NCBI GenBank assembly: GCA_964397845.1
Contig: CAYNKW010000004.1
Span: 1 to 44,088 of the forward strand
DNA from: an uncultured Anaerolineae bacterium
GTDB lineage: Bacteria > Chloroflexota > Anaerolineae > CAYNKW01
DNA: 44,088 bases
Direction: 5' to 3'
Position numbers and translations under genes: made by a program. The notes beneath the pieces were generated by a model. That model worked only from the letters and a program-made list of their open reading frames with translations. It ran no database searches and was not told the origin of the DNA. Shown in pieces: positions 8,304 through 17,227 of this stretch; within the stretch, counting starts at the first letter, position 1, and each line of letters opens with the position of its first letter.

Positions 8304-10517
8304 CTAGGCATACTTCCATAAGCCATAGAACATGTGCGGAGGATAGTGCCAGCCTTTATAAAAGCCACTCCATTCAGCTTTAGCAGGAAAATTAACTCGG
8401 TCTTCTTCTACTTCAGGAGGGAGATCAAAGATTTGACGAGAGGCACCGTCTTTCCAACCAATATGGGTATATGTGTAAGGAGGATAAGCCGCATATTCAT
8501 TCTGGAGATAAGTTTTTACAGTTTCTTGTTGGTTTTTAGGCAAATGGGGCAAGGCAAGAGATAGAATGTAAAGCGTATCTGAAGGATGATGCCAATAATC
8601 TATTAGATATTCGCCGGCACCACTTTTGGTTCTTTGGTCAAACAACCCAGAGCCCAGGTAACCTGGTCTTAAGTGACCAGCATCCAAGATCTTTTGTATC
8701 TCTTGGGACAATTGCTGTCTCAATTGTTCAGTGCTGATTGGGGTGATATTGGCATTCTGAACATTGACTGTTGGTGCCATTGGCAAACCCGTATAAGAAC
8801 CAGCATAATCCCCAAAGGCAATAATAGAGTTGCTTTTGTGCATATAGACTTTTCCCTTATATGGGACAGGAGGGTTCTGCTCACCGTGTAGGCCATAAAC
8901 TCCATTGACGCTTTCTTTGGCTCCCTTATACATGAGGTAGTCATTCGTGTCGTCTAAATCAAAGTACAATTCGTTATATCCAGGTATCTTGTCTTCTAAA
9001 TCATAACAGAAATAAGTCCATATTCTGTCTGGTTCTGAGAGTGGTTTGGTAATGTCGAAAGCTCCAGCCACGCGATCAGCGCAATGGAGCCAGTAGATGA
9101 GGTCACCACCGGCGGAATAGGCTATTGGCTCGTCCATAACGTTTCCCCATGAAGTAGGTATATCAAAAGATGAAGCGCCAAGTTCCCAACCAACGATGCA
9201 TCCAGAGGCAATATGAGGGTTAGATGTATAGTGAACTGGTTGGTGAAGCTTATTATCAGACCCTACTACCGGTGGATAACGATTGCCTGGCCCATGAGTA
9301 TGAAGCCAGGTGATAGGAGCATAGCTGATACCGGTAGTGCCATTTTCCCTTTGATACTCGAAAGTAAATTCCTCTCCTGTGTTTGCGCTCAGAACAAAAT
9401 AGGTTCTTCTCCAAGGTTTCTGCTCGTAATACTCAAGGATTTTGGTAACATCCATTGAACCATCAATTATTGGAGCAATAGTTTCCCCGGCAGGGATGCC
9501 ATTGGCAGTATACAGATCAGCTATTTCCAATCCTTGAATATCGGAGCTAGGACCTGGTTCGAGGGCTATACGGTAGTTATTGCTGCCGGCAAATATAACA
9601 TAATCTTCCTGCGTCTGAGGATCGGTGTAGACCACCGGCCACCAGGAGTGAAAACCGGCCCCAGGAAGCTTGGCCGATTTCCACACCAGTTCTCCTGTGT
9701 CGGCTGTCAGAGCATAGGCATGAGAGTCGTTAGAGGCAAAATAGATGGTGTTGCCCTTGTAGGCAGCCGAGAAAAGAACAGGGCCACCCGTTTTGAATTT
9801 CCAGAACAATGTAGCTGTGGTTCCGTTGTCCTCTATGGCATACATATAACCATCTCTGTTGCCGGCATAGACATAGGTATTACCCCCCAGATCAATAACA
9901 AGAGGGTTGGTTTGGAAGCCTTTTTCGGCTTCGAACGTCCAAATGGGTTGCCCAGTAAAGGCATCTATTGCGTGAATCTTGTGGTCGAATCCCCCTACAT
10001 ATGCCCTGCCATTGTGCACTGTTGGTGAATGGCCCAAGGGTAGTTCGGTTGGGTACACCCATCTCTCACTGCCTGTTTCGGCATCTATGGCATAAAGGCC
10101 TCTTGCTGTGGAGATATACAGGGTATCATGAGCAGCAATAATCTGCACCTTTTGAGAGATGTATGGCTCAATGGGTTTGTACCATATGGGGCTCAGTTTA
10201 CCTCTCACCTCTTCTGGTGTCCAAGAGGTTCTCTGGAGATTGGCGGCAACCATGGGCCAGTCACCTTCATCTACGATATCTGTGACTGTAGAAACAGTAT
10301 TGGCTGCCGCGTTGGTCTGGTAGTCCTTCCAGAAAGCCTTGGCTCCACTCGTGCCTTTACAGGCGAAACTCAAGTCCCCACGACACAATGTCGAGGCCGA
10401 TGCCGGTCTATGCGCAGCCATGCCCCACACCGCCAACAAGATAGCAGCGATGCTGACGATTGTGACGAACGCAATTCGTTTGCACCTCATTCTCTTCCTC
10501 CCTCGACTATCTCTCAA
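8304..10517 (-). CDS. Secreted/anchored PQQ-like (BamB-like) beta-propeller repeat protein; ends at an in-frame TAG
   Basis: N-terminal basic + hydrophobic signal MRCKRIAFVTIVSIAAILLAVWG. Repeated blocks of the type LYAIDAETGSERWVY, HAIDAFTGQPIWTF and YALTADTGELVWKS are typical of PQQ-like propellers. Confidence 0.8.
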   Translation of the reverse strand: MRDSRGRKRMRCKRIAFVTIVSIAAILLAVWGMAAHRPASASTLCRGDLSFACKGTSGAKAFWKDYQTNAAANTVSTVTDIVDEGDWPMVAANLQRTSWTPEEVRGKLSPIWYKPIEPYISQKVQIIAAHDTLYISTARGLYAIDAETGSERWVYPTELPLGHSPTVHNGRAYVGGFDHKIHAIDAFTGQPIWTFEAEKGFQTNPLVIDLGGNTYVYAGNRDGYMYAIEDNGTTATLFWKFKTGGPVLFSAAYKGNTIYFASNDSHAYALTADTGELVWKSAKLPGAGFHSWWPVVYTDPQTQEDYVIFAGSNNYRIALEPGPSSDIQGLEIADLYTANGIPAGETIAPIIDGSMDVTKILEYYEQKPWRRTYFVLSANTGEEFTFEYQRENGTTGISYAPITWLHTHGPGNRYPPVVGSDNKLHQPVHYTSNPHIASGCIVGWELGASSFDIPTSWGNVMDEPIAYSAGGDLIYWLHCADRVAGAFDITKPLSEPDRIWTYFCYDLEDKIPGYNELYFDLDDTNDYLMYKGAKESVNGVYGLHGEQNPPVPYKGKVYMHKSNSIIAFGDYAGSYTGLPMAPTVNVQNANITPISTEQLRQQLSQEIQKILDAGHLRPGYLGSGLFDQRTKSGAGEYLIDYWHHPSDTLYILSLALPHLPKNQQETVKTYLQNEYAAYPPYTYTHIGWKDGASRQIFDLPPEVEEDRVNFPAKAEWSGFYKGWHYPPHMFYGLWKYA

Positions 10518-10826
10518 GATCAGCGATGGGTAAGGTCAGAAAAGTATTCGTCCCGCGTTCGGGTCTCGAACTCTGCTTTTCTGGGTTATTACACCACGCG
10601 TCTTTTCGGTCATTGTGATACCTATCATTTGCCATTTATCATTGGTCATTCCTCCCTATAGTCATATTCTAGCACGTCACGTCGAATCTGGCAAGCAATG
10701 TGGCGGGAACAAGGAGACGTGGAGACCGGGAGATAGGGGGGCCAAGGAGCGGACTCTTTGATCACCTTGTCTCCCCCTCTCCCCATCCCCCCTCACTTCT
10801 TCACAGCTTCACTGGAGGCCAAACCC

Positions 10827-11990
10827 ATGCGTCTTTGCTACGTCCTGCTCTCTCCCACTTTCGGCATGCACCAGTATACCGCCGACCTGGCCAACCGCAT
10901 GGCCCACACTTTGACGGGCTCAGTGAGCCACGACGTGTGCCTGGTGACGACGACGCACGTCCCGCGCTGCCGCTACGCGCCGGCCGTGGTGGTCCACACG
11001 CCCATGGAGACGACCAACACCGGTCTCTCGCGCCAGGTATTCCGGCTCTCCGCCCTTCGCAATCTGCAATCTGCAATCTGCAATCTGCACCCCGACGTCG
11101 TTCACTTTACCGGGCCACACCTGTGGAACGCCCCCTTGATATGGGCGCTCGTCGCGCGAGGCGTTCCTGTGATCCACACCCTGCATGACCTGGACCCCCA
11201 TCGCGGCGTCCGTTACAGCTTGCTGATCCGGCTCTGGAACCGGGTGGTCATGCACTCGGCGGATCACATCCTGGTCCACGGCCAGACCTACCGGCAGCGA
11301 CTGCTGGCCCAAGGGATGCCCCCCCACCGGGTGACCTGGACACCGCTGCTCCATCTCTTCCTGGGCAGCACCATGCTGGCCGCGTCCCCCGACTTGACTG
11401 TCTCTGTTGAATACCAGCCCTGGGCTCTCTTTTTTGGGCGTCTGGAACGTTACAAAGGCCTGGATCACCTGATCACCGCCTGCGCCATGATGGACGGAAC
11501 TGACGCGCCCTCGCCTCGCGTCGTGGTCGCCGGGCCCGGAGACCTGACGGCCTTGTGGGCCGGGCCGCTGCCCCAACGATTGGCCTTGCGTAGTCGCCTG
11601 ATAGCCGACGTGGAGGCCATAGATCTATTTCGCCGTTGTGGGCTGCTGGTGTTGCCCTACGTGGACGCCACCCAGTCGGCTTTAATTGCCGCGGCCTACT
11701 ATTTCCGCAAACCGGTCGTCGTCACCCGCACCGGCGCGCTGCCCGAGTACGTGGAAGACGGCCTCACCGGCCGTGTGATAGAGCCGGGCCACCCTGCTAC
11801 GTTGGCGCGCTGTCTCGACGAAATGTTGAGCGATCCGGCCCGGCTGGCCCGGATGGGCGCGGCCGGTCGCGCCTGGTACGACGCTCGCCGTGCTACCGAA
11901 GAGCGCACTTTGATTGAAATGTACCTCCGTCTCGCGAACAAGAGACCCTTGGACGACCCGATCACCCAATTGTCCAGCCACCCAGTCTGA
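10827..11990 (+). CDS. Glycosyltransferase, GT4 family, carrying an internal heptamer tract
   Basis: ATG 10827 with GGAGG (10813-10817). MRLCYVLLSPTFGMHQY..; LLVLPYVDATQSALIAAAYYFRKPVVVTRTGALPEYV. Confidence 0.85.
   Translation: MRLCYVLLSPTFGMHQYTADLANRMAHTLTGSVSHDVCLVTTTHVPRCRYAPAVVVHTPMETTNTGLSRQVFRLSALRNLQSAICNLHPDVVHFTGPHLWNAPLIWALVARGVPVIHTLHDLDPHRGVRYSLLIRLWNRVVMHSADHILVHGQTYRQRLLAQGMPPHRVTWTPLLHLFLGSTMLAASPDLTVSVEYQPWALFFGRLERYKGLDHLITACAMMDGTDAPSPRVVVAGPGDLTALWAGPLPQRLALRSRLIADVEAIDLFRRCGLLVLPYVDATQSALIAAAYYFRKPVVVTRTGALPEYVEDGLTGRVIEPGHPATLARCLDEMLSDPARLARMGAAGRAWYDARRATEERTLIEMYLRLANKRPLDDPITQLSSHPV
11059..11089 (+). repeat. Tandem heptamers GCAATCT x4 (+GCA) inside the GT4 gene
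   Basis: Read directly: gcaatct gcaatct gcaatct gcaatct gca. Translated as ..LRNLQSAICNLH... Confidence 0.95.
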
Positions 11991-12009
11991 CCTGCATCGG
12001 AGAAGGGCA

Positions 12010-13500
12010 ATGAGTTCCGAAAGCGCAACTGTGCAGATAGCCCCAGAACTTGCACGCCCGTGGCCGGCGGCCTGGCCTCGGATCCGCTTACGGCTGACGG
12101 CCACTGAGCGCAAATACTTGCTCATTCTAACAGACCTGATCCTGGTCAACGGCTCGTTGCTGGCTGCTGTGACGATGTGGGACGACTTTTCGCCCTCCCT
12201 GCCAGTCCTGCTGGCCAACGCCAAATGGTTCATCACCCTGTCCGTCCTGTGGTGCATCGCTGGCGCGGTTCTCGACGTCTATAACCTGGCCCGCTCGGCC
12301 AGCACGACCAGCATCATGATTAGTGCGGGCCTCGCGGCGCTGTTGAGTACACTCGTCTATTTCACCATCCCCTGGCTGACGCCTCCCGTTCTGAGTCGCA
12401 CGTATGCCTTGAGCTTTTTGCTGCTCAACGCCTCGACGGTGGTCGCCTGGCGTGTCCTTTACGCCCAGGCCCTCGTCCAGCCGGCTTTCCGGCGACGGGC
12501 GCTGGTTCTGGGGGTAGGGGAATCGTCCCGCGCGTTGATACGTGCTCTCAAACAGGCCGGCGGGGCGGACGACGCCAACCCCTTTCGCGGCACCAGCTAC
12601 CAGGTCGTGGGCCTGGTGGCAGACCGGCCGGCCCAGTTGGGCGAGGATGCCGACGGCCTCCCCCTGCTAGGCGATGCACGGGGACTCGTGCGTCTGGCTC
12701 GCCAGCACGGCGTGGACGAAATCGTCGTCGCACTCGACGACGGGCACGCCCTCTCTCTGGAGGCACATGAGGTGTTGCTCGACTGCCGTGAATTAGGCTT
12801 GCAAGTCAACACCCTGGCGACGGTCTATGAACGCCTGGCCGGGCGGGTGTCGGTGGATTACGCCCAGCGCGACTTGCACTTGATCTTGGGCCCGGCCGAT
12901 AGTCCGGCTTCTCGCCTGTACGTGGCCCTCAAACGCCTCCCGGACATCCTGCTGGCCCTGATTGGCCTGGTCTTGCTGGCTCTGATCGTCCCGTGGGTGG
13001 CGTTGGGTAACGCGCTCTGTTCGCCAGGCCCCCTCTTTTACCGGCAGCAACGGGTGGGCAAGGGAGGACGGCCCTTTGCGCTGCTCAAGTTCCGTTCGAT
13101 GATCCCCCATGCCGAGCGGGCTAGCGGCGCGGTGTGGTGTGAGGAAGAGGATCCGCGAATCACACCCGTGGGCCGCTGGCTGCGCAAGATCCGCCTGGAC
13201 GAGCTCCCGCAGCTCATCAACGTCCTGCTCGGCGAGATGAGCATCGTCGGCCCCCGGCCGGAGCGCCCCCACTTTGTGGGCCAGTTGGCCCGTGCTTTGC
13301 CGCTCTACCGCGCCCGTCACGCCGTCAAGCCGGGCATCACCGGCTGGGCGCAGATCCATTACGGCTATGGCAACTCGGTCGAGGACGGCCGGGTCAAGCT
13401 AGAGTACGACCTCTACTACGTCAAGCATGCCAGCCTCTTTCTGGATTTGCTCGTTTTACTCCACACGGTGCGGGTAGTGCTTGGCCTGCGAGGGCAGTGA
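12010..13500 (+). CDS. Polyprenyl-phosphate glycosyl-1-phosphate (priming) transferase, bacterial sugar transferase family (WbaP/EpsB-like)
   Basis: ATG 12010 after GGAGAAGGG. N-terminal TM segments. C-terminal block PGPLFYRQQRVGKGGRPFALLKFRSM .. DELPQLINVLLGEMSIVGPRPERP .. KPGITGWAQI. Confidence 0.9.
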   Translation: MSSESATVQIAPELARPWPAAWPRIRLRLTATERKYLLILTDLILVNGSLLAAVTMWDDFSPSLPVLLANAKWFITLSVLWCIAGAVLDVYNLARSASTTSIMISAGLAALLSTLVYFTIPWLTPPVLSRTYALSFLLLNASTVVAWRVLYAQALVQPAFRRRALVLGVGESSRALIRALKQAGGADDANPFRGTSYQVVGLVADRPAQLGEDADGLPLLGDARGLVRLARQHGVDEIVVALDDGHALSLEAHEVLLDCRELGLQVNTLATVYERLAGRVSVDYAQRDLHLILGPADSPASRLYVALKRLPDILLALIGLVLLALIVPWVALGNALCSPGPLFYRQQRVGKGGRPFALLKFRSMIPHAERASGAVWCEEEDPRITPVGRWLRKIRLDELPQLINVLLGEMSIVGPRPERPHFVGQLARALPLYRARHAVKPGITGWAQIHYGYGNSVEDGRVKLEYDLYYVKHASLFLDLLVLLHTVRVVLGLRGQ

Positions 13501-13503
13501 ACC

Positions 13504-14718
13504 TTGGCTATGATAAACGCCTTCATCCTGTTAGTTCAGGCAATCGTGGGCCTCGGGCTCCTCTATCACTACGTCCTTTTGACAACTGGAGGCAGTCCGC
13601 ATCGCAGCGCGGCACATGGCGTCAGCTCAGAGGACTTTTTACACTTTGCGGTAGCTGTACCCGCACACAACGAAGAGAGCGTCATTGGCGCTACAGTGGC
13701 CCGTTTGCGCCAGATGGATTACCCGAAGGGGCAATTTGACGTACACGTTGTGGCTGACTACTGTTCCGACGCGACGGCGCAGACAGCGCGCTCGGCCGGG
13801 GCGATTGTCCACGAGCGCTCAGAAGGCCCGCGCGGGCGCAAGGGATACGCCCTGGCGTGGTTGCTGGCACGATTGCTGCATAGCCCCAGGCATTACGACG
13901 CGGTTGTGATCTTTGACGCTGACAGCCAGGTAGCGTCCAATTTCTTGAGCCTGATGAATCGGGCCCGGGCTGCCGGTGCGCAGGTCGCGCAAGGCCGGCA
14001 CGTGATTGCCAATCCCGCTGCCAGCGTTTTCAGCGCTCTGGCGGATGCCGACATGCGTCTGAACAACCGCATTCGCAATCAGGCCAAGGAGAACCTGGGG
14101 CTTTCGGCCCGTTTGATGGGCGATGGCATGTGCTTCCGCCGGGAGATCCTGGAGACGTACCCCTTTGGGGCACGTTCTCTCACCGAAGACAGAGAGTACG
14201 GCGTCTACCTGGCAACCCGTAGCGTGCGCGTACGCTTTGTGCCCGAGGCGATCTCTGTGGGCCAGGCGACAGCGCGCTGGCGCGATGCCACGGGCCAGCG
14301 TCTGCGCTGGTATGGTGGAGCGTTCGAACTACAAAAGCGCTATCTCGGTCCCCTTCTGGCATCGGTGTGGAAGAATCGCAGCCTGGATGCACTGGACCAT
14401 GCCTTAGAGTTGTCCCTCCCCCCTTTCTCCGCTCTCTCTGTGCTGGCTGGAGGCCTGGTCATCTTTCAGACTGTCTTGGGGATGCATCGGGTCTCGTCCT
14501 CCTTTGCTCTCAGTGCGCTCCTGGCAATTATGGCCTTTGTGTATCCCTTTTGGGGGTTGCTGGCAGAACGGGCGCCCTGGCGGAGTTTTTGCGCCCTGAT
14601 CTACGGGCCAATCTATGCTGCCTGGCGCGTCTGGCTGGGGCTTGTGGTGCGGGCCCGGCGCGGTCGGGTACCGTGGATCCGCACCCGGCGTGCAGAGGAA
14701 GAAAGGCTGGTCAGGTAA
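13504..14718 (+). CDS. Integral-membrane GT2 of the processive synthase type (cellulose/PNAG/hyaluronan-synthase-like)
   Basis: N- and C-terminal TM segments. Motifs VPAHNEE, FDADS, TEDRE and GQRLRWYGG (QxxRW). Alternative ATG start at 13510. Confidence 0.85.
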   Translation: MAMINAFILLVQAIVGLGLLYHYVLLTTGGSPHRSAAHGVSSEDFLHFAVAVPAHNEESVIGATVARLRQMDYPKGQFDVHVVADYCSDATAQTARSAGAIVHERSEGPRGRKGYALAWLLARLLHSPRHYDAVVIFDADSQVASNFLSLMNRARAAGAQVAQGRHVIANPAASVFSALADADMRLNNRIRNQAKENLGLSARLMGDGMCFRREILETYPFGARSLTEDREYGVYLATRSVRVRFVPEAISVGQATARWRDATGQRLRWYGGAFELQKRYLGPLLASVWKNRSLDALDHALELSLPPFSALSVLAGGLVIFQTVLGMHRVSSSFALSALLAIMAFVYPFWGLLAERAPWRSFCALIYGPIYAAWRVWLGLVVRARRGRVPWIRTRRAEEERLVR

Positions 14719-14720
14719 GC

Positions 14721-15854
14721 ATGTCAAACGAGCGACCCCTTCTGCGCATCCTGGTGATCTTTGGCACCCGTCCCGAGGCGATCAAGATGGCGCCTGTGGT
14801 GCGAGCGTTGCAAGCGCGGCCGGAGGCGTTCGCCGTGCGAACCTGTGCCACGGCCCAACACCGCGAGATGTTGGACCAGGTGCTCGACCTGTTCGGTATC
14901 GTGCCCGACGTTGACCTGGACCTGATGCAACGCGGGCAAAGCCTGTCTGACCTGGGGGCGCGGGTGCTGGCCGGGCTGGACCCGGTGTTTGTCGCCGAGC
15001 GCCCGGACTGGGTGCTGGTGCAGGGGGATACGACGACGGTGGCGATGGCCGCCCTGGCGGCCCAGCACCGGCAGGTGCGCGTGGGACACGTGGAGGCTGG
15101 CCTGCGCACCGGCGACCGGCGCAACCCTTTCCCGGAGGAGATGAACCGGGTGGTGGCCGACCACGTCAGCGACCTCTGCTTTGCGCCGACAGAGACGGCC
15201 CGCCGCAACTTGCTGCGCGAGGGCATCCCCGATGCTCTGATTCGGGTCACCGGCAACACCGTGATTGACGCCCTGCTGACGGTGGTCGGAGGAGCCTGGC
15301 CCCGTGAGCCCAACAGCCCGCTGGCTGATCTGCCCGCTGACCGGCAATGGCTGCTGGTGACAGCCCACCGGCGAGAGAACTTTGGACGGCCACTGAAGAA
15401 TATCTGCCAGGCGTTAAAGCGCATCTCTGAGGAGCGCGGCGATCAGGTACATATCGTTTACCCGGTCCATCGCAATCCGCAGGTGTGGCAGCCGGTCCAC
15501 GAAACATTAGCCGGCTTGTCCGGGGTCACCCTGCTGCCACCGGTGGACTATGGCACTTTGATCTGTTTGATGAGACGATGCTGGTTAGTGTTGACCGACT
15601 CGGGTGGGCTGCAAGAAGAAGCGCCAAGTTTAGACAAGCCGGTGTTGGTGCTGCGGGAGACCACAGAGCGGCCCGAGGCCGAGGCCGTGGGCGCCGCGCG
15701 CGTCGTAGGCACCGACCCGCAGCGAATCGTGGCCGAGACGTACCGATTGTTGGACGATTCCGCCGCCTACACCCGGATGGCCAGCGCTCCCAATCCCTAT
15801 GGCGATGGTCATGCTGCGGAGTGCATTGCAGACGCGCTCCTCGAGTTTGCGTGA
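14721..15854 (+). CDS. wecB: UDP-N-acetylglucosamine 2-epimerase (non-hydrolysing)
   Basis: ATG 14721. MSNERPLLRILVIFGTRPEAIKMAPV .. VQGDTTT .. HVEAGLRT .. PFPEE .. DSGGLQEEAPSLDKPVLVLRETTERPE. The ORF-track start at 14367 overlaps the upstream GT2 and is rejected. Confidence 0.92.
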   Translation: MSNERPLLRILVIFGTRPEAIKMAPVVRALQARPEAFAVRTCATAQHREMLDQVLDLFGIVPDVDLDLMQRGQSLSDLGARVLAGLDPVFVAERPDWVLVQGDTTTVAMAALAAQHRQVRVGHVEAGLRTGDRRNPFPEEMNRVVADHVSDLCFAPTETARRNLLREGIPDALIRVTGNTVIDALLTVVGGAWPREPNSPLADLPADRQWLLVTAHRRENFGRPLKNICQALKRISEERGDQVHIVYPVHRNPQVWQPVHETLAGLSGVTLLPPVDYGTLICLMRRCWLVLTDSGGLQEEAPSLDKPVLVLRETTERPEAEAVGAARVVGTDPQRIVAETYRLLDDSAAYTRMASAPNPYGDGHAAECIADALLEFA

Positions 15855-15864
15855 AAGGGTTCAC

Positions 15865-17163
15865 ATGAAACAGCGCCCCAATCACTATCTGGCTGCAATC
15901 TTGATCCTGTCCGTCCTGTTGCGCGTCGCCGTAGCCGCATACCTGGGCGATGAGGTGGACGCGCCGTCGCTGCTGACCGACCAGCGATCCTACGACGCAC
16001 TGGGCGCCCGGTTGATCGCTGGCCACGGCTTCAGCTTTGACCGGGCGTGGTACCCTTTTACGCCCGCCGAGGCACCCACGGCCCACTGGTCGTTCCTCTA
16101 CTCGCTCTTTGTGGCCGGCGTCTATGCTCTTTTCGGTGTGCATCCCCTGGCAGTGCGACTGATACAGGCCATCCTCGGCGGCCTCCTGCTGCCCTGGATG
16201 ATCTATCGCCTGGCGCGGCACCTTTTCTCTCCCCCTCTCCCTCTCTCCCTCCTCCTGCTGGCGGCGCTCATGGCTTCCCTATACGGCTATTTTATCCTCT
16301 ACGCTGCCACACTGATGACGGAGACGTTCTACATCACCGCCGTGTTGTGGTCCCTGGAACGAGGCCTGAAGCTGGCCGACCGGCTGCGCGTCAAAGCGGC
16401 CATGCGAGCGCTATGGCCGCTTGTGTCCTCGTTGGGCCTGAGCCTGGGGGTTGCGACGTTGCTGCGACAGTCAATCTTGCCCTGGGTGCCGGTCCTGTTC
16501 ATTTACTTGTTCTGGACCGGGTGGCGCGTACGATGGTTGCGCTCCACTGTGGCAGCGGTGGGAATCGTTGTGCTGATTCTGACTGTCTTTATCCTGCCCT
16601 GGACGGTTCGCAACTACCTCGTCTACGACGATTTTTTACTACTCAACTCCAACGCCGGATACGCCATGTACTCGGCTCAACATCCCATGCACGGCACGGA
16701 CTTTCGCGAGTTCGATCCTGCCCCGCTGCCGGAAGGGTTACGGGGACAGCCAGAGCCAGAACTGGATCGGGCTCTGATGCGGCAGGGCATTCAGTTCATC
16801 CTGGACGACCCCGGCCGCTACCTGCTGCTCTCGTTGAGCCGGGCCCGCGCCTTCTTTGAGTTCTGGCCCACGCCGGATACCACCCTGCTGCACAACATCG
16901 GACGCACCGGCTCCTTTGGCTTGTTTCTACCCTTCATGCTCTATGGCCTGATCCTGGCGGTTCGCCGCCGGCAATTTGTGGCGCACAACGCGCTGCTGTT
17001 CCTGTTCGCCGCTTTTTACACCCTGCTACATATGCTAACCTGGGCCATGGTACGTTACCGGCTGCCAGTAGACGCGATTGTGATTCCGCTGACCGCACTG
17101 GCGGTGGCGGACCTTGTTCAGCGTGTGCGGGAAGCAACCCGCCATCTGGCTACTGGCTACTGA
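15865..17163 (+). CDS. GT-C fold membrane glycosyltransferase (GT39/ArnT/PMT_2-like)
   Basis: ATG 15865. About 10 or more TM segments. The first extracytoplasmic loop has the acidic motif LGDEVDAPSLLTDQRSYDALG. Confidence 0.65.
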   Translation: MKQRPNHYLAAILILSVLLRVAVAAYLGDEVDAPSLLTDQRSYDALGARLIAGHGFSFDRAWYPFTPAEAPTAHWSFLYSLFVAGVYALFGVHPLAVRLIQAILGGLLLPWMIYRLARHLFSPPLPLSLLLLAALMASLYGYFILYAATLMTETFYITAVLWSLERGLKLADRLRVKAAMRALWPLVSSLGLSLGVATLLRQSILPWVPVLFIYLFWTGWRVRWLRSTVAAVGIVVLILTVFILPWTVRNYLVYDDFLLLNSNAGYAMYSAQHPMHGTDFREFDPAPLPEGLRGQPEPELDRALMRQGIQFILDDPGRYLLLSLSRARAFFEFWPTPDTTLLHNIGRTGSFGLFLPFMLYGLILAVRRRQFVAHNALLFLFAAFYTLLHMLTWAMVRYRLPVDAIVIPLTALAVADLVQRVREATRHLATGY

Positions 17164-17227
17164 TCTGATAACCAAGGGGGGACAAGCGGTGGCAGTTGGT
17201 CGGAGATTATTGACGATGGAGGATTAG

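Noticed and set aside
8304-8306. TAG as a pyrrolysine or otherwise reassigned codon
   Set aside because: TAG also terminates other confidently called genes in the window (for example the stops at 2825-2827 and 22597-22599). No pyl genes are seen. A nonsense mutation, an error or leaky read-through is more parsimonious.
14367-14720. 118-codon N-terminal extension of the wecB ORF in the track
   Set aside because: It overlaps the 3' end of the GT2 synthase gene in another frame. The canonical epimerase N-terminus (MSNERPLLRILVIFGTRPEAIK) starts at ATG 14721. Similar extensions were rejected at 1562, 10758, 11914, 15799, 20474, 22874, 24757, 32021, 33681 and 38263.
16226-16256. CT-rich stretch sharing the 14-mer TCTCCCCCTCTCCC with 10772-10785; considered as another heptamer or dispersed repeat
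   Set aside because: The periodicity is not clean (mixed 6- and 7-nt registers). It codes for a plausible Pro/Leu/Ser membrane-loop segment. A shared low-complexity 14-mer can arise by chance in CT-rich runs.
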